64,000 bases of DNA. It comes from an uncultured Candidatus Rokubacteria bacterium. GTDB lineage: Bacteria; Methylomirabilota; Methylomirabilia; Rokubacteriales; CSP1-6. Numbering within the stretch: the stretch's first letter is position 1; each line of letters starts with the position of its first letter. Position numbers and translations under genes: made by a program. Location of the stretch: the NCBI GenBank assembly GCA_963747235.1, contig CAVVEU010000013.1, positions 256,001 to 320,000 of the forward strand, in the 5' to 3' direction. This document shows, piece after piece, positions 24,296 to 33,645 of the stretch. The notes under the pieces were generated by a model, which did no database searches, was not told the DNA's origin, and worked only from the letters and a program-made list of their open reading frames with translations.

Positions 24296-25586
24296 CTACC
24301 AGTACTGCATCGCGTCGCGGAGGATCAGGTCGAGCTCCGGCGGCGCCCACCTGACGGGGCGCGCCCGAGAGGAGGCGCGGCTGGCGCAGCGTGCCCTCGA
24401 TCAGCGCGGGGAGATCGCGCTCGGTGTAGCCGATCGCGGTGAGCCCGTTGGGGATGCCGATGTCCCGCATGATCGAGAGGAGCGCCTGCGGTAGCGCCTC
24501 GCGCCGCTCGGCCTCGTTGAGATCGGCCACCGGCCAGCCCAGCAGCTCGGCGGCGCGCAGGTGCCGCTCGGGCGCGGTGGTGTAGGTGAAGCGGAAGGCG
24601 GCGGGCGCGGTGAGGATGACCGACATGCCGTGCGGGACGAGCGGGTGGCGGGTGCGGTAGCCGCTCGGGATGTAGTCGCGCACGAGGCCCGCGATCGGGT
24701 AGGCCACCGCGTGGGGGATGTGCACGCCGGCGTTGCCGAAGCCGACGCCCGCGTAGTTGGCGGCCAGCGCCAGGTGCAGGCGCGCCTCGAGGTCGAGGCC
24801 GTTGAGCACGGCGCGCCGCAGGTAGCGGGCCGCGTACTCCATCGCCTTCTCGCACCAGATGTCGCTGGCGGGATTGGCGCCGATGTAGGCCGGCCGATCG
24901 GGCGGGTGATGCTTGGCGCGCGCGTTGTAGGGGCGCGTGGTGTAGGACTCGATGGCGTGGGTGAGGATGTCGGCCCCGGCCGCCGCGGTCACCTCGGGCG
25001 GGACGGTGAGCGTGTTGAGCGGGTCCACCACGCCCAGCGTGGGCCGCAGCAGGCGGTGCGAGACGCCCGCCTTCACGTTCTGATCCACGATGTGCGTGAC
25101 CGCCACCGCGGTGGTCTCGCTGCCGGTGCCGGCGGTGGTGGGCACCGCGATCAGCGGGCGCACCGGGCCGGGCACGGGCACGCCGCGCCCGACCGGCTTG
25201 TTGATGTAGTCGAGGAGCGGCGCCGGGTAGCAGGTGAGGAGATTGGCGGCCTTGCACGTGTCGATGGTGCTGCCGCCACCCACCGCGATCAGTCCGTCGA
25301 AGTCCTTGCTGCGCGCGTACTCGCCCGCCTCCTCCATCGACCGATCGGTGGGCTCCACTTCCACGCCGTCCCAGACGTCGGCCTTCACGCCCTGTTCCTC
25401 GAGGAGCGCGCGCACGCGCTCGGGGAGGCCGAGCTCTGAGATGTGGCGGTCCGTGAAGATCAGCGCCTTGCGGATGCCCAGGCGGCTGGCGTCGAAGCCG
25501 ATCTCGTCCATGGCGCCCAGCCCGAACTTGATCGGCGAGTTCTCCATCACGAACACGGTCTCGGTCGGCAGGGTCACGCCCTTCAT
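24296..25586 (-). CDS. Hydroxyacid-oxoacid transhydrogenase (Fe-ADH family), frameshift near the C-terminus
   Basis: VEPTDRS, GGGSTID, PTTAGTGSE, HAIESYT, GFGNAGVHIPH, PHG; the true end ELDLILRDAMQYW* is in the alternate frame. Confidence 0.88.
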
Positions 25587-25725
25587 GCGGGCCTCCAGTG
25601 GGTGGCGGTCGTGGGCCAGTGGGTGTGGATCTCCGGCTCGTCCGAGATTATAGAATCGCGCGGCCGACTGCGATACCCTCGGGCATCCTGATTCCCGGGT
25701 TGCCCCTGACAGAGGAGGAAGACCG

Positions 25726-27252
25726 ATGCCGCTCTTCGCCTGGATCGTGGCCCTGTCGCTGACGATTGGCGCCTCGCTCGCGCACGCCCAGCCGGCGCAG
25801 ATCACGATCGTGCAGCCCGCGGAGGCCACCACCATGGATCCGGGGCGGAGCACCCAGGTCCTGACCGTCAATTACTTCTACAATCTCTATGACTCGCTCC
25901 TCCGATGGGACACCGCGCTGCAGCTTCAGCCCGGCCTGGCCACCGCCTGGCGGGCGGTGAACGAGACCACCTGGGAGTTCACGTTGCGCTCGGGCGTCAA
26001 GTTCCACGACGGCGCTCCGCTCACCGCGGACGACGTGCGGGCCACGCTCGAGCGGAACCTCGTCCCGGGCAAGACGGTCGTGACCGCCGGCTTCACCACC
26101 ATCGAGTCGGTCCAGGCGGTCACGCCGACCCTCGTGCGCGTGATCACCAAGAAGGCGGATCCGCTCCTGCCGGTGCGCATGGCCCAGATGGGCTCGCAGA
26201 TCCTGCCCGCCCGCCTCACCACCGACGACGGGGTGAAGGAGCTGGCCCGCCGGCCGATCGGCAGCGGCGCCTACCGGTTCGTGGAGTGGGTGAAGGACGA
26301 GCGGCTCGTGATGGAAGCCAACCGTGACTGGTGGGGATGGGAGGGCCGCGCCCCCGCGATCGACCGCGTAGTCTGGAAAGCGATCCCGGACGACTTCCCC
26401 CGGCTGGTGGCCCTCGAGAAGGGGGACGTCGACATCGTCACCAGCCTGCCGCCCGACCGCATCAAGTCCATCGCGGAGGGCCGGAACACGCGGGTGGTGA
26501 GCGTGCCGTCCTCACGCACCGTGGAGTTCAACATCAACACCACCCAGCCGCCGCTGGCCGACAAGCGCGTGCGCCAGGCCATGCATCACGCGCTCGACGT
26601 GCCCGCGATCATCCGCAGCCTCTTCGCGGGGCTCGGCAAGCCCATGGCCGGCGCGCTCGCCGACACCGACTTCGGCTACAACCCGGCCATCAAGCCCTAT
26701 CCCTACGACCCTGGGCGGGCCCGGGCCCTGCTCGGAGCGGCGGGGTTCGCCGGCGGGATCGACGTGACGCTGCACGCGGGCATGGGCACGATGGTCAACG
26801 ACAAGCAGCTCCTCGAGGTGGTGGCGGACATGTGGTCGAAGGTCGGGATCCGGGCGAAGGTCGCCATGATGGAGATGGGCGCGCGCCAGCGCATGGTCAA
26901 CGAGCGGGCCTTGCCCCCGGGGGGCCTGCTGCTGATCAACGTGCAGTCCACCCTGCTGGATGCCGACGGCAGCCTGTGGCGCATCATGCACCCGACCGGG
27001 CTGGGCGGGAAATACTGGGTCGGCAGCCAGCCCGGCCACCGGTTCCACGAGGTGATGGAGCAGGCCCGTTACACGCTCGACCCGAGGCAGCGCAAGGCGC
27101 TCTACGGCGAGGCCACCCAGATCATCGACGACGAGAAGCCCTGGCTCGAGCTCTTCCAGGAAGTCATCGTGTACGGGACGTCCAAGCGCGTCACCTTCCG
27201 CCCGCGGCCGGACTTCCGTCTCATCGTGTCGGAGATGTCGCTCAGCCGCTGA
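25726..27252 (+). CDS. ABC transporter substrate-binding protein (family 5, peptide/nickel)
   Basis: Signal peptide; LRSGVKFHDG, PIGSGAY, DKRVRQA. Confidence 0.9.
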   Translation: MPLFAWIVALSLTIGASLAHAQPAQITIVQPAEATTMDPGRSTQVLTVNYFYNLYDSLLRWDTALQLQPGLATAWRAVNETTWEFTLRSGVKFHDGAPLTADDVRATLERNLVPGKTVVTAGFTTIESVQAVTPTLVRVITKKADPLLPVRMAQMGSQILPARLTTDDGVKELARRPIGSGAYRFVEWVKDERLVMEANRDWWGWEGRAPAIDRVVWKAIPDDFPRLVALEKGDVDIVTSLPPDRIKSIAEGRNTRVVSVPSSRTVEFNINTTQPPLADKRVRQAMHHALDVPAIIRSLFAGLGKPMAGALADTDFGYNPAIKPYPYDPGRARALLGAAGFAGGIDVTLHAGMGTMVNDKQLLEVVADMWSKVGIRAKVAMMEMGARQRMVNERALPPGGLLLINVQSTLLDADGSLWRIMHPTGLGGKYWVGSQPGHRFHEVMEQARYTLDPRQRKALYGEATQIIDDEKPWLELFQEVIVYGTSKRVTFRPRPDFRLIVSEMSLSR

Positions 27253-27271
27253 CGCGGCGCTGGAGGCCGAG

Positions 27272-28297
27272 CTAGGAAGGAAGCGCGACGCGCGCGAGCA
27301 GCTTCACGTCGTCCAGCAGCGCCCCGGCCCCGCGCACCACGCAGGTCAACGGGTCGTCGCTCACGCGGATCGGCAGGCCGGTCTGCTCGTGCAGCAGCAG
27401 GTCGAGCCCGCGCAGGAGCGCGCCGCCGCCGGACACCACGATGCCCTTGTCCACGATGTCGGCGGCCAGCTCGGGCGGGATCTGCTCGAGGCACGTGTGC
27501 ACCGCGCTCACGATGGCCATGATCGGCTCGCGCAGCGCCTCGCGGATCTCCTCGCCGGTCACCAGGATGGTCTTGGGAATGCCGACGATCAGGTCGCGGC
27601 CCTTGACCTCCATGGTGAGGTGCTCGCCCGCCACCGGGTAGGCGGAGCCCAGCCGCAGCTTGATGTCCTCGGCGTGGCGCTCGCCCACGAGCAGGCTGTA
27701 GTTCTTGCGGATGTGCTGGATCACCGCGGTGTTCATCTCGTCGCCCGCGATGCGGGCGGACTTGCAGTAGACGATCCCGGACAGGGACATCACCGCGACC
27801 TCGGTGGTGCCGCCGCCGATGTCCACGATCATGTTCGCGCCCGGCTCGGCCACCGGGAGGCCCGCACCGAGGGCCGCCGCAATGGGCTCCTCGATCAGAT
27901 AGGCCTCGCGAGCCCCCGCCTGCTTGGCCGACTGGCGCACCGCCCGCTTCTCCACCTGGGTGATCCCCGAGGGCACCGTGACCACCACGCGCGGGTGCAC
28001 GATGCTCCGCCGCTGGTGGGTCTTGCGGATGAAGTAGTGGAGCATCTTCTCGGTGGAGTCGAAGTCGGCGATGACGCCGTGGCGGAGGGGCCGGATGACC
28101 GAGATGCTCCCGGGAGCGCGGCCGAGCATGGCCTTGGCCTCGTGGCCGGCGGCCAGCACCACGCCGTCCTTCATGGCCACGATGGAGGGCTCGTTGAGGA
28201 CGATGCCCTGTCCTCTCACGTACACGAGAGTATTGGCGGTTCCCAGATCCACCGCCAGGTCGTCGGCCAGGAAGCTCATGAGGGATCTCAGACGCAT
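27272..28297 (-). CDS. mreB: Rod shape-determining actin MreB paralogue
   Basis: DLGTANT, NEPS, GVIADF, IEEPIAAA, DIGGGTT, AGD, GGGALL. Confidence 0.95.
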   Translation of the reverse strand: MRLRSLMSFLADDLAVDLGTANTLVYVRGQGIVLNEPSIVAMKDGVVLAAGHEAKAMLGRAPGSISVIRPLRHGVIADFDSTEKMLHYFIRKTHQRRSIVHPRVVVTVPSGITQVEKRAVRQSAKQAGAREAYLIEEPIAAALGAGLPVAEPGANMIVDIGGGTTEVAVMSLSGIVYCKSARIAGDEMNTAVIQHIRKNYSLLVGERHAEDIKLRLGSAYPVAGEHLTMEVKGRDLIVGIPKTILVTGEEIREALREPIMAIVSAVHTCLEQIPPELAADIVDKGIVVSGGGALLRGLDLLLHEQTGLPIRVSDDPLTCVVRGAGALLDDVKLLARVALPS

Positions 28298-28326
28298 ATC
28301 CGGTCCTTTCGGGACAGGGAAGCAAC

Positions 28327-28341
28327 GCAACGGATGTGCCA
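28327..28341 (-). promoter_or_regulatory. sigma54 -24/-12 promoter
   Basis: Reverse complement TGGCAC-ATCCG-TTGC, 30 nt upstream of the mreB ATG. Confidence 0.82.
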
Positions 28342-28540
28342 GGGGGGTGGGCCGGTTCGACGACGTGGAGTGGTTGCCGGAGGGCCGTCTCCTACTATAG
28401 GCGGGGGTGGACAGGCGCCCCTCTTCGGCGAAAGTGTCAGCATAGGTATGTTTTACATTACACCAAGGTAAGATTTACCCCGCCTTCCGACCCGGAAAGG
28501 GCCTTGTCCTCCCCGGGGCCCCGTCGTAATCTTGGGCGCC

Positions 28541-29323
28541 ATGAAGGCCCCCCGGAAGCCCCTCGCCAAGATCGAAGGCCGCAAGCGCATGCGGCAGAGC
28601 GGCCTCACCGTCGCCTGGCATGGCACCCGGAGCCGGAAGGACTGGGCGGCCTATGTCGAGAACGGGAGCGAGCAGGGGCGCCTCGTACTGGCCGAGCAGG
28701 TGTCGGAGCGGGCGGTGAAGAGCCTGCTCGCGCGCATCCAGAGCCTCTCGAGGGATGCGCTCGAGGCCATGGCGCGCCCGGTCGAGGCGGTCGCCGCGCA
28801 GGGTGGGGGACCGCCGGTCCGCCGGCCACGTGGAGGTGGCGAGACCAGCTCGAGCTCCGAGATCATCGTGCAGGCGCTCCCGGGCCGCCAGCTCGCGCTG
28901 AGCGGCGACACGGGGGCGGAGGCGCCGGCCACCACGAGCTCACGCCGCCGCCGGCTGCCGGCCAAGGTCGAGCGCAATCCACCCGCCGAGCGCCGCCCCG
29001 CGCGGGTCTCTGCCCGGGATCTGGCGGGGACGGTGCGGCAGCTTCGCTCGCGGCTGGAGAGCCTTGAAGAGGAGCAGGAGGAGCTACGGGCCGAGCTGGC
29101 CGTGCTGCGCGGGGACGCCGAAGCCTACGAGGGGACGACGCCCAGCATCTTCGTCACGGGCTGGTTCCGGGCGACCCTGGTCCTGATCGTGCTGGCGATC
29201 GTGGTGGTGATCAGCGTGCCGTGGCTGATGGAGATCTTCGAAGGAGGCGCGCGCGAGTCACGCCCACCGGCTCGCAACGAGGCGCCGGCGCCCTCGCCGA
29301 ATCCGACCCCGAGCGCTCGCTGA
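28541..29323 (+). CDS. Hypothetical protein: basic N-terminal domain, coiled coil, C-terminal TM helix
   Basis: ATG 28541; LRSRLESLEEEQEELRAEL coiled coil; TLVLIVLAIVVVISVPW. Confidence 0.6.
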   Translation: MKAPRKPLAKIEGRKRMRQSGLTVAWHGTRSRKDWAAYVENGSEQGRLVLAEQVSERAVKSLLARIQSLSRDALEAMARPVEAVAAQGGGPPVRRPRGGGETSSSSEIIVQALPGRQLALSGDTGAEAPATTSSRRRRLPAKVERNPPAERRPARVSARDLAGTVRQLRSRLESLEEEQEELRAELAVLRGDAEAYEGTTPSIFVTGWFRATLVLIVLAIVVVISVPWLMEIFEGGARESRPPARNEAPAPSPNPTPSAR

Positions 29324-29325
29324 GC

Positions 29326-29652
29326 CTACTGCTCCGCGCAGCGTAACGCGACGCGGGCGTACTCGATGCCGCTGGGGAAGTAGTGGATGGTTCCCGTGTC
29401 GCCCTCGCGCTCGGAGGCGTGTCCCGACCAGCTATCGTTGATCGCCTTGACCGTGATCAGATGCCGGTCCAGCGCCGCCTTGCACTCACCGCCGGTGGCG
29501 TAGCGGCCCGCGATGATGCGGTCGGTCTGCAACCGCGGGACGCGAGCCAGCCAGCGCAGGACGATGGTGTCGAGCGGGTTGTCCTTGACGATCACGGACA
29601 AGTCGGACCAGAGAAGCCAGACGAGACTCAGGGCGCCCACCCACTTTCGCAT
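29326..29652 (-). CDS. Small hypothetical exported protein
   Basis: Hydrophobic N-terminus, two Cys; preceded by a canonical sigma70 promoter. Confidence 0.55.
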   Translation of the reverse strand: MRKWVGALSLVWLLWSDLSVIVKDNPLDTIVLRWLARVPRLQTDRIIAGRYATGGECKAALDRHLITVKAINDSWSGHASEREGDTGTIHYFPSGIEYARVALRCAEQ

Positions 29653-29658
29653 GGGCAG

Positions 29659-29687
29659 ACTCTAGGTCCGGACCCGCGAACTGTCAA
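29659..29687 (-). promoter_or_regulatory. sigma70 promoter, leaderless transcript
   Basis: TTGACA-17-TAGAGT-6nt-ATG on the minus strand. Confidence 0.7.
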
Positions 29688-29796
29688 GGTTTGGGCCCAC
29701 GGGAACCCGCGCGGGGCCTAGTACGTTTATGCACAAGCGCGAGTTCATGACGCGAGCGCGAAAAACTCGGGCGACGGAGGTAGAATAGGGCGGCAG

Positions 29797-30186
29797 ATGG
29801 AGACGATCCTGGTGGTGGACGACGAAGCGCAGGTGCGGACCCTCGCGCGTGACATCCTGTTGGGAGCCGGCTATCGGGTGCTCGAGGCCGAGGGCGGCGA
29901 GCAGGCGCTCCGGGTTGCGGAAGATCACCAGGGCGCCATTCACATCCTGCTCACCGACATCATGATGCCGGGCATCAACGGCAAGGAGCTGGCGGACCGG
30001 TTCCTCATCGCGCGCCCCGACGCCAAGGCGATCTTCATGTCGGGCCGGGCCGCCGAGGTCATCAGCGACGCCGGCGTGCTCATCCCGGTGGACGCCTTCC
30101 TCGCCAAGCCCTTCACGGTGGAGCGGCTGCTGAACAAGGTCCGCGAGCGGCTCGAGTATCGCTCGCCCTTCTCCCGCCCGCGCTAG
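29797..30186 (+). CDS. Single-domain response regulator (CheY-like)
   Basis: ILVVDDE, LLTDIMMP, MSG, FLAKPF. Confidence 0.92.
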   Translation: METILVVDDEAQVRTLARDILLGAGYRVLEAEGGEQALRVAEDHQGAIHILLTDIMMPGINGKELADRFLIARPDAKAIFMSGRAAEVISDAGVLIPVDAFLAKPFTVERLLNKVRERLEYRSPFSRPR

Positions 30187-30190
30187 TCGT

Positions 30191-31237
30191 CTGGCCAGCG
30201 GCGACGACCCGATCGAGCGCCTCTTCGCCCGGGGTGTGACCGACGGGCTCCCCGCGGTGCCGCCCACCGCGGCGCGCGTCGCGGCGATGGTGGCCGCGTC
30301 GGGTCGATCCCGCGATGAGCTCGTGGCGGAGATGCCGCCGAATCTCGGGCGCGCCACCGTCGAGCGGATCGCGGTCAACGCGGTGATGGCGGGCTGCCGA
30401 CCCGAGTACTTCCCGGTGGTGCTGGCCGCGGTCGAGGCCGTCTGCGACGACCGCTTCTGCCTGCTCGGCGTCTCCGGGACCACCGACGCGGTGGCCCCGC
30501 TCGTGATCGTGAACGGGCCGATCCGGCACGCGCTCGACATCAACTCCGGCGCGGGCGTCTTCGGTCCCGGCTGGCGCGCCAACGCGACGATCGGCCGGGC
30601 GGTGCGGCTCTGCTGGGTCAACATCGGCGGCGCGCGGCCGGGCGTGATCAGCATGTCCACCTTCGGAGGCCCCGGGCGCTACACCTACTGCATCGGCGAG
30701 AACGAGGAAGCGAGCCCGTGGGAGCCGCTGCACGTCGAGCACGGCTTCGAGCCCGGGGAGAGCACGGTGGCGGTGCTCGCGGCGGAGGCCCCGCAGATCG
30801 TGGCCGATACCCGGAGCCGGAACGCGGTGGACCTGCTCACCACGATCGTCCGGAGCGTCGAGGTGATCGCGCATCACAAGGCCACGGGGCTCGGCGACAC
30901 CGCGCTCGTCTTCTCGCCCGAGCACGTCACCACGCTGGCCGCGGACGGCTGGTCCAAGGCCCGCGTCCGCGACTTCCTCTGGGAGCGCCTCCGCAAGCCG
31001 GTGCGTGACCTCCTGCCGGGTCGGGACGGCGGGGAAGGGCTCTCCGACGAGGCGCTGGCCGCGTTCCCCGAGGGGACGCGCGACGAGGCGCTCGTGCCGA
31101 AGTTTCAGGCGCCGGAGAGCCTCAAGCTCCTGGTGGCGGGCGGTCCCGCGGGCCGCTTCACCGCGATCGTGCCGGGCTGGCCGTTCCGCAACGCGCCCTC
31201 GCGAATGGTCTTCCGGAAGATCGCGTCGAGCGGCTAG
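30191..31237 (+). CDS. Conserved protein of the family usually paired with UGSC (seleno)proteins; start uncertain
   Basis: TDGLPAVPPT, ERIAVNAVMAGCRPEYFPV, RANATIGRA, ENEEASPW, VAGG motifs; no in-frame ATG upstream. Confidence 0.65.
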   Translation: MASGDDPIERLFARGVTDGLPAVPPTAARVAAMVAASGRSRDELVAEMPPNLGRATVERIAVNAVMAGCRPEYFPVVLAAVEAVCDDRFCLLGVSGTTDAVAPLVIVNGPIRHALDINSGAGVFGPGWRANATIGRAVRLCWVNIGGARPGVISMSTFGGPGRYTYCIGENEEASPWEPLHVEHGFEPGESTVAVLAAEAPQIVADTRSRNAVDLLTTIVRSVEVIAHHKATGLGDTALVFSPEHVTTLAADGWSKARVRDFLWERLRKPVRDLLPGRDGGEGLSDEALAAFPEGTRDEALVPKFQAPESLKLLVAGGPAGRFTAIVPGWPFRNAPSRMVFRKIASSG

Positions 31238-31758
31238 CCGCTGTCCATCTGCGCCGGGCGCTTCACCCGGTCGCCGGGTCGCAGGTTCAGGATGGCCTCC
31301 GGGAACACCCGTGCCAGCCATCCCACCACGTCGTTCACGGTCACGACGCCGATCGGATGGTGATTGGCGTCCACCAGCGGCACCGTGCGATAGCCGGCGC
31401 TGTGCATGCGGTTGATGGCGAAGCAGATACGGTCGTCGGGGGTGAGCGCCTCGGGGTTGGCGGTCATGACCTCCGCCAGCCGCGTCCGGGCGAGGTCGCG
31501 CCCCTGGCGGACCACCCGCGTGAGCAGGTCACGCTCGGTGAAGATGCCGATCAGCCGGCCGGCCGGGTCCACGATCACCACGCCCGCGCGATGGCTGTCC
31601 ACCATCCGCGTGACCGCCTCCGCGACGGAGGCATCCGGGAGCAAACGGATCGGCTCGCTGGGGGCGAGCAGCCGCACCTCGTCGCTGAGCAGGGCGTCTT
31701 CGAGCTTGCGGAACTCCGCGTCGAGGGACTCGGAGTACTCGTCATGGAACTCGCTCAT
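31234..31758 (-). CDS. CBS-pair protein
   Basis: LIGIFTERDL, VMTANPE, YRTVPLVD..GVVT. Confidence 0.88.
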   Translation of the reverse strand: MSEFHDEYSESLDAEFRKLEDALLSDEVRLLAPSEPIRLLPDASVAEAVTRMVDSHRAGVVIVDPAGRLIGIFTERDLLTRVVRQGRDLARTRLAEVMTANPEALTPDDRICFAINRMHSAGYRTVPLVDANHHPIGVVTVNDVVGWLARVFPEAILNLRPGDRVKRPAQMDSG

Positions 31759-32068
31759 GGCCGCCACCTCGAGGGGTGGAGCATGCTAGGCGCGCGGCCA
31801 TCGTCGTGTCAAGACTGGGAAGGCGCGTGCCTACTCAGGGAGCGGAAGCGCCCAAGCTTGGTGCAGGCCTTCCCATCGCGCTGCGCGCGGCGCTGCGGGC
31901 GGACGACACGCTGGCGTGAGGCCGGCGGCGCTACTTGAAGCCAGCTGTCGGGCGATCGCGGTTAAGTAGCTGATGTGGCTCACGTCGCCGCGTGCAAGTC
32001 ATGCGGGGTCCGCGTGCGCGCCTCGAAGGCGCGGCCGCGCTCCAGGCGCGACGGCCGTCGCGCCCCGG

Positions 32069-32083
32069 TGGCACCGAGTTTGC
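32069..32083 (+). promoter_or_regulatory. sigma54 -24/-12 promoter
   Basis: TGGCAC-CGAGT-TTGC. Confidence 0.8.
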
Positions 32084-32098
32084 CGAGTATCAATCGCC

Positions 32099-32269
32099 TT
32101 GAGAGTCATTTGCCCGCGGTGCCAGCAGGAAGGCAAGCCCAGTCTCCTGGTCACGATCGACATCCCAGGCGACGACCGCGAGGTCCACGGGCTGTGCTGG
32201 ACGCACCGGCTCCGCCTGCTGGCCAAGGCCACCGACTCACCGTCCGCCCGCGAGCCCGGGAAGCCCTGA
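32099..32269 (+). CDS. Small putative zinc-binding protein (~56 aa)
   Basis: TTG start; CPRC...HGLCWTH (CxxC + HxxCxxH). Confidence 0.55.
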   Translation: MRVICPRCQQEGKPSLLVTIDIPGDDREVHGLCWTHRLRLLAKATDSPSAREPGKP

Positions 32270-32271
32270 CG

Positions 32272-33009
32272 ATGCTGCTGGGCGGACGGTTCCATCGGAT
32301 GTCGATCTGGTTCTGGCGTACGGTACCCGCCCGCCGACTGCTCGTGATCGTCGGCCCCGATCGTCCCGCGCTCGTGCCCAGGCTCGAGCGGCTCTTCGAG
32401 GGCGAGCCCGGGACGGTGGACGTCGTGCTCGACCGGAGGCGTCACGAGCGCCGCGGAGCGGGCGTGGCGCGCCGGCCGGAGCGGCGGCGGCGGGACCGGC
32501 GGCAGCCGCGCGGCGCGGCCCGGCGGCGCGGCGACGTCTCGGTGGTGATTCGGCGGGAATCCGCGCCCGGACTGGATTACACTCCCCCCATTCATACGAC
32601 CCCCGATCCGGTCCCCATTCATGCGAAAGGAGAAGTTCGAATGATGAGCGTCGAGTCGAAGCAAACGCGTGACGGAGACGACGTGCGGCGCTGGCTCGAG
32701 GCCGGGCAGACCCAGCTCGCTTCGCTCCTGGATCTGCTGCACGAGCACGATCGCCTCCGCGAGCGCGTGGAGTCTTCCGAGCGGGAGAACGAGCGGCTGC
32801 GCGGCGTGACGTACGAGAACGAGCAGCTCCGCAACCGGCTCGAGACCTCCGAGCGTCAGGCCGAGCACCTCCGCCAGGGCATGGGCGAGCTGCGCGCGGA
32901 GAACGAGCGGCACCAGAAGGAGCGCGAGGAAGCGGCCGAGCGGCTCAACCACCTCGTCAACGAGATCGCGCAACGCCTGCGCCCCGGCGCGGGAGTCTCG
33001 CGCACCTGA
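32272..33009 (+). CDS. Arg-rich DRR/ERR-repeat protein in frame with a coiled-coil protein (second start at 32641)
   Basis: VVLDRRRHERR..PERRRRDRR; strong AAAGGAG RBS before ATG 32641; heptad coiled coil to 33009. Confidence 0.55.
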   Translation: MLLGGRFHRMSIWFWRTVPARRLLVIVGPDRPALVPRLERLFEGEPGTVDVVLDRRRHERRGAGVARRPERRRRDRRQPRGAARRRGDVSVVIRRESAPGLDYTPPIHTTPDPVPIHAKGEVRMMSVESKQTRDGDDVRRWLEAGQTQLASLLDLLHEHDRLRERVESSERENERLRGVTYENEQLRNRLETSERQAEHLRQGMGELRAENERHQKEREEAAERLNHLVNEIAQRLRPGAGVSRT

Positions 33010-33104
33010 GAACCGCGTCGCCAATTTTTGTCCGCTTCCCGGCGGCCGCGTGCCGCCGGGCGGCGGGGGCGCGCGGTTTTGAGGGGTTTCCCGGCCGTCT
33101 CCGT

Positions 33105-33120
33105 TGGCACCCCGGATGCA
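33105..33120 (+). promoter_or_regulatory. sigma54 -24/-12 promoter
   Basis: TGGCAC-CCCGG-ATGCA upstream of a response regulator. Confidence 0.72.
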
Positions 33121-33158
33121 GCCCACTGGGTGTCGACCCGACGTGCAGAAACTTCCCC

Positions 33159-33557
33159 ATGACCGATACCGACAGCGCGAGACCGCGGGTCCTGCTGGTG
33201 GACGACGAGGAAGGCGTGCGCATGAGCCTGCGCGCCCTGCTCGAGCGCGAGTACCGGATCGCGAGCGTGCCGAGCGGCGAGGCGGCGGTGGAGGAGCTGC
33301 CGCGCTTCCGGCCCGACGTCGTGCTGCTCGACGTGCGTCTCCTGCCGAGCATGAGCGGGCTCGACGCGCTCGAGCGCATCAAGGCATTCGACGAGCGCAT
33401 CGAGGTCGTCATGATCACCGCCTTCGCCTCGCTCGCCACCCTCAACGAGGCGCTGCGCCGCGGCGCCTGCGGCTACCTCATCAAGCCGTTTCCCCGCCGG
33501 GACCTGGAGCTGATGGTCCGCGACGCGCTGGCCCGCCGCGGCCCGCGGCTGGACTGA
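33159..33557 (+). CDS. Single-domain response regulator
   Basis: VLLVDDE, VLLDV, MITA, YLIKPF. Confidence 0.9.
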   Translation: MTDTDSARPRVLLVDDEEGVRMSLRALLEREYRIASVPSGEAAVEELPRFRPDVVLLDVRLLPSMSGLDALERIKAFDERIEVVMITAFASLATLNEALRRGACGYLIKPFPRRDLELMVRDALARRGPRLD

Positions 33558-33645
33558 TCTCTTGGAGCACGCCGTTGACAGGATTGGCTCCCCCGGTCAG
33601 AATTTGTCCACACGCTCCATCCCAAGCGACGGGAGGGTATCGCCC

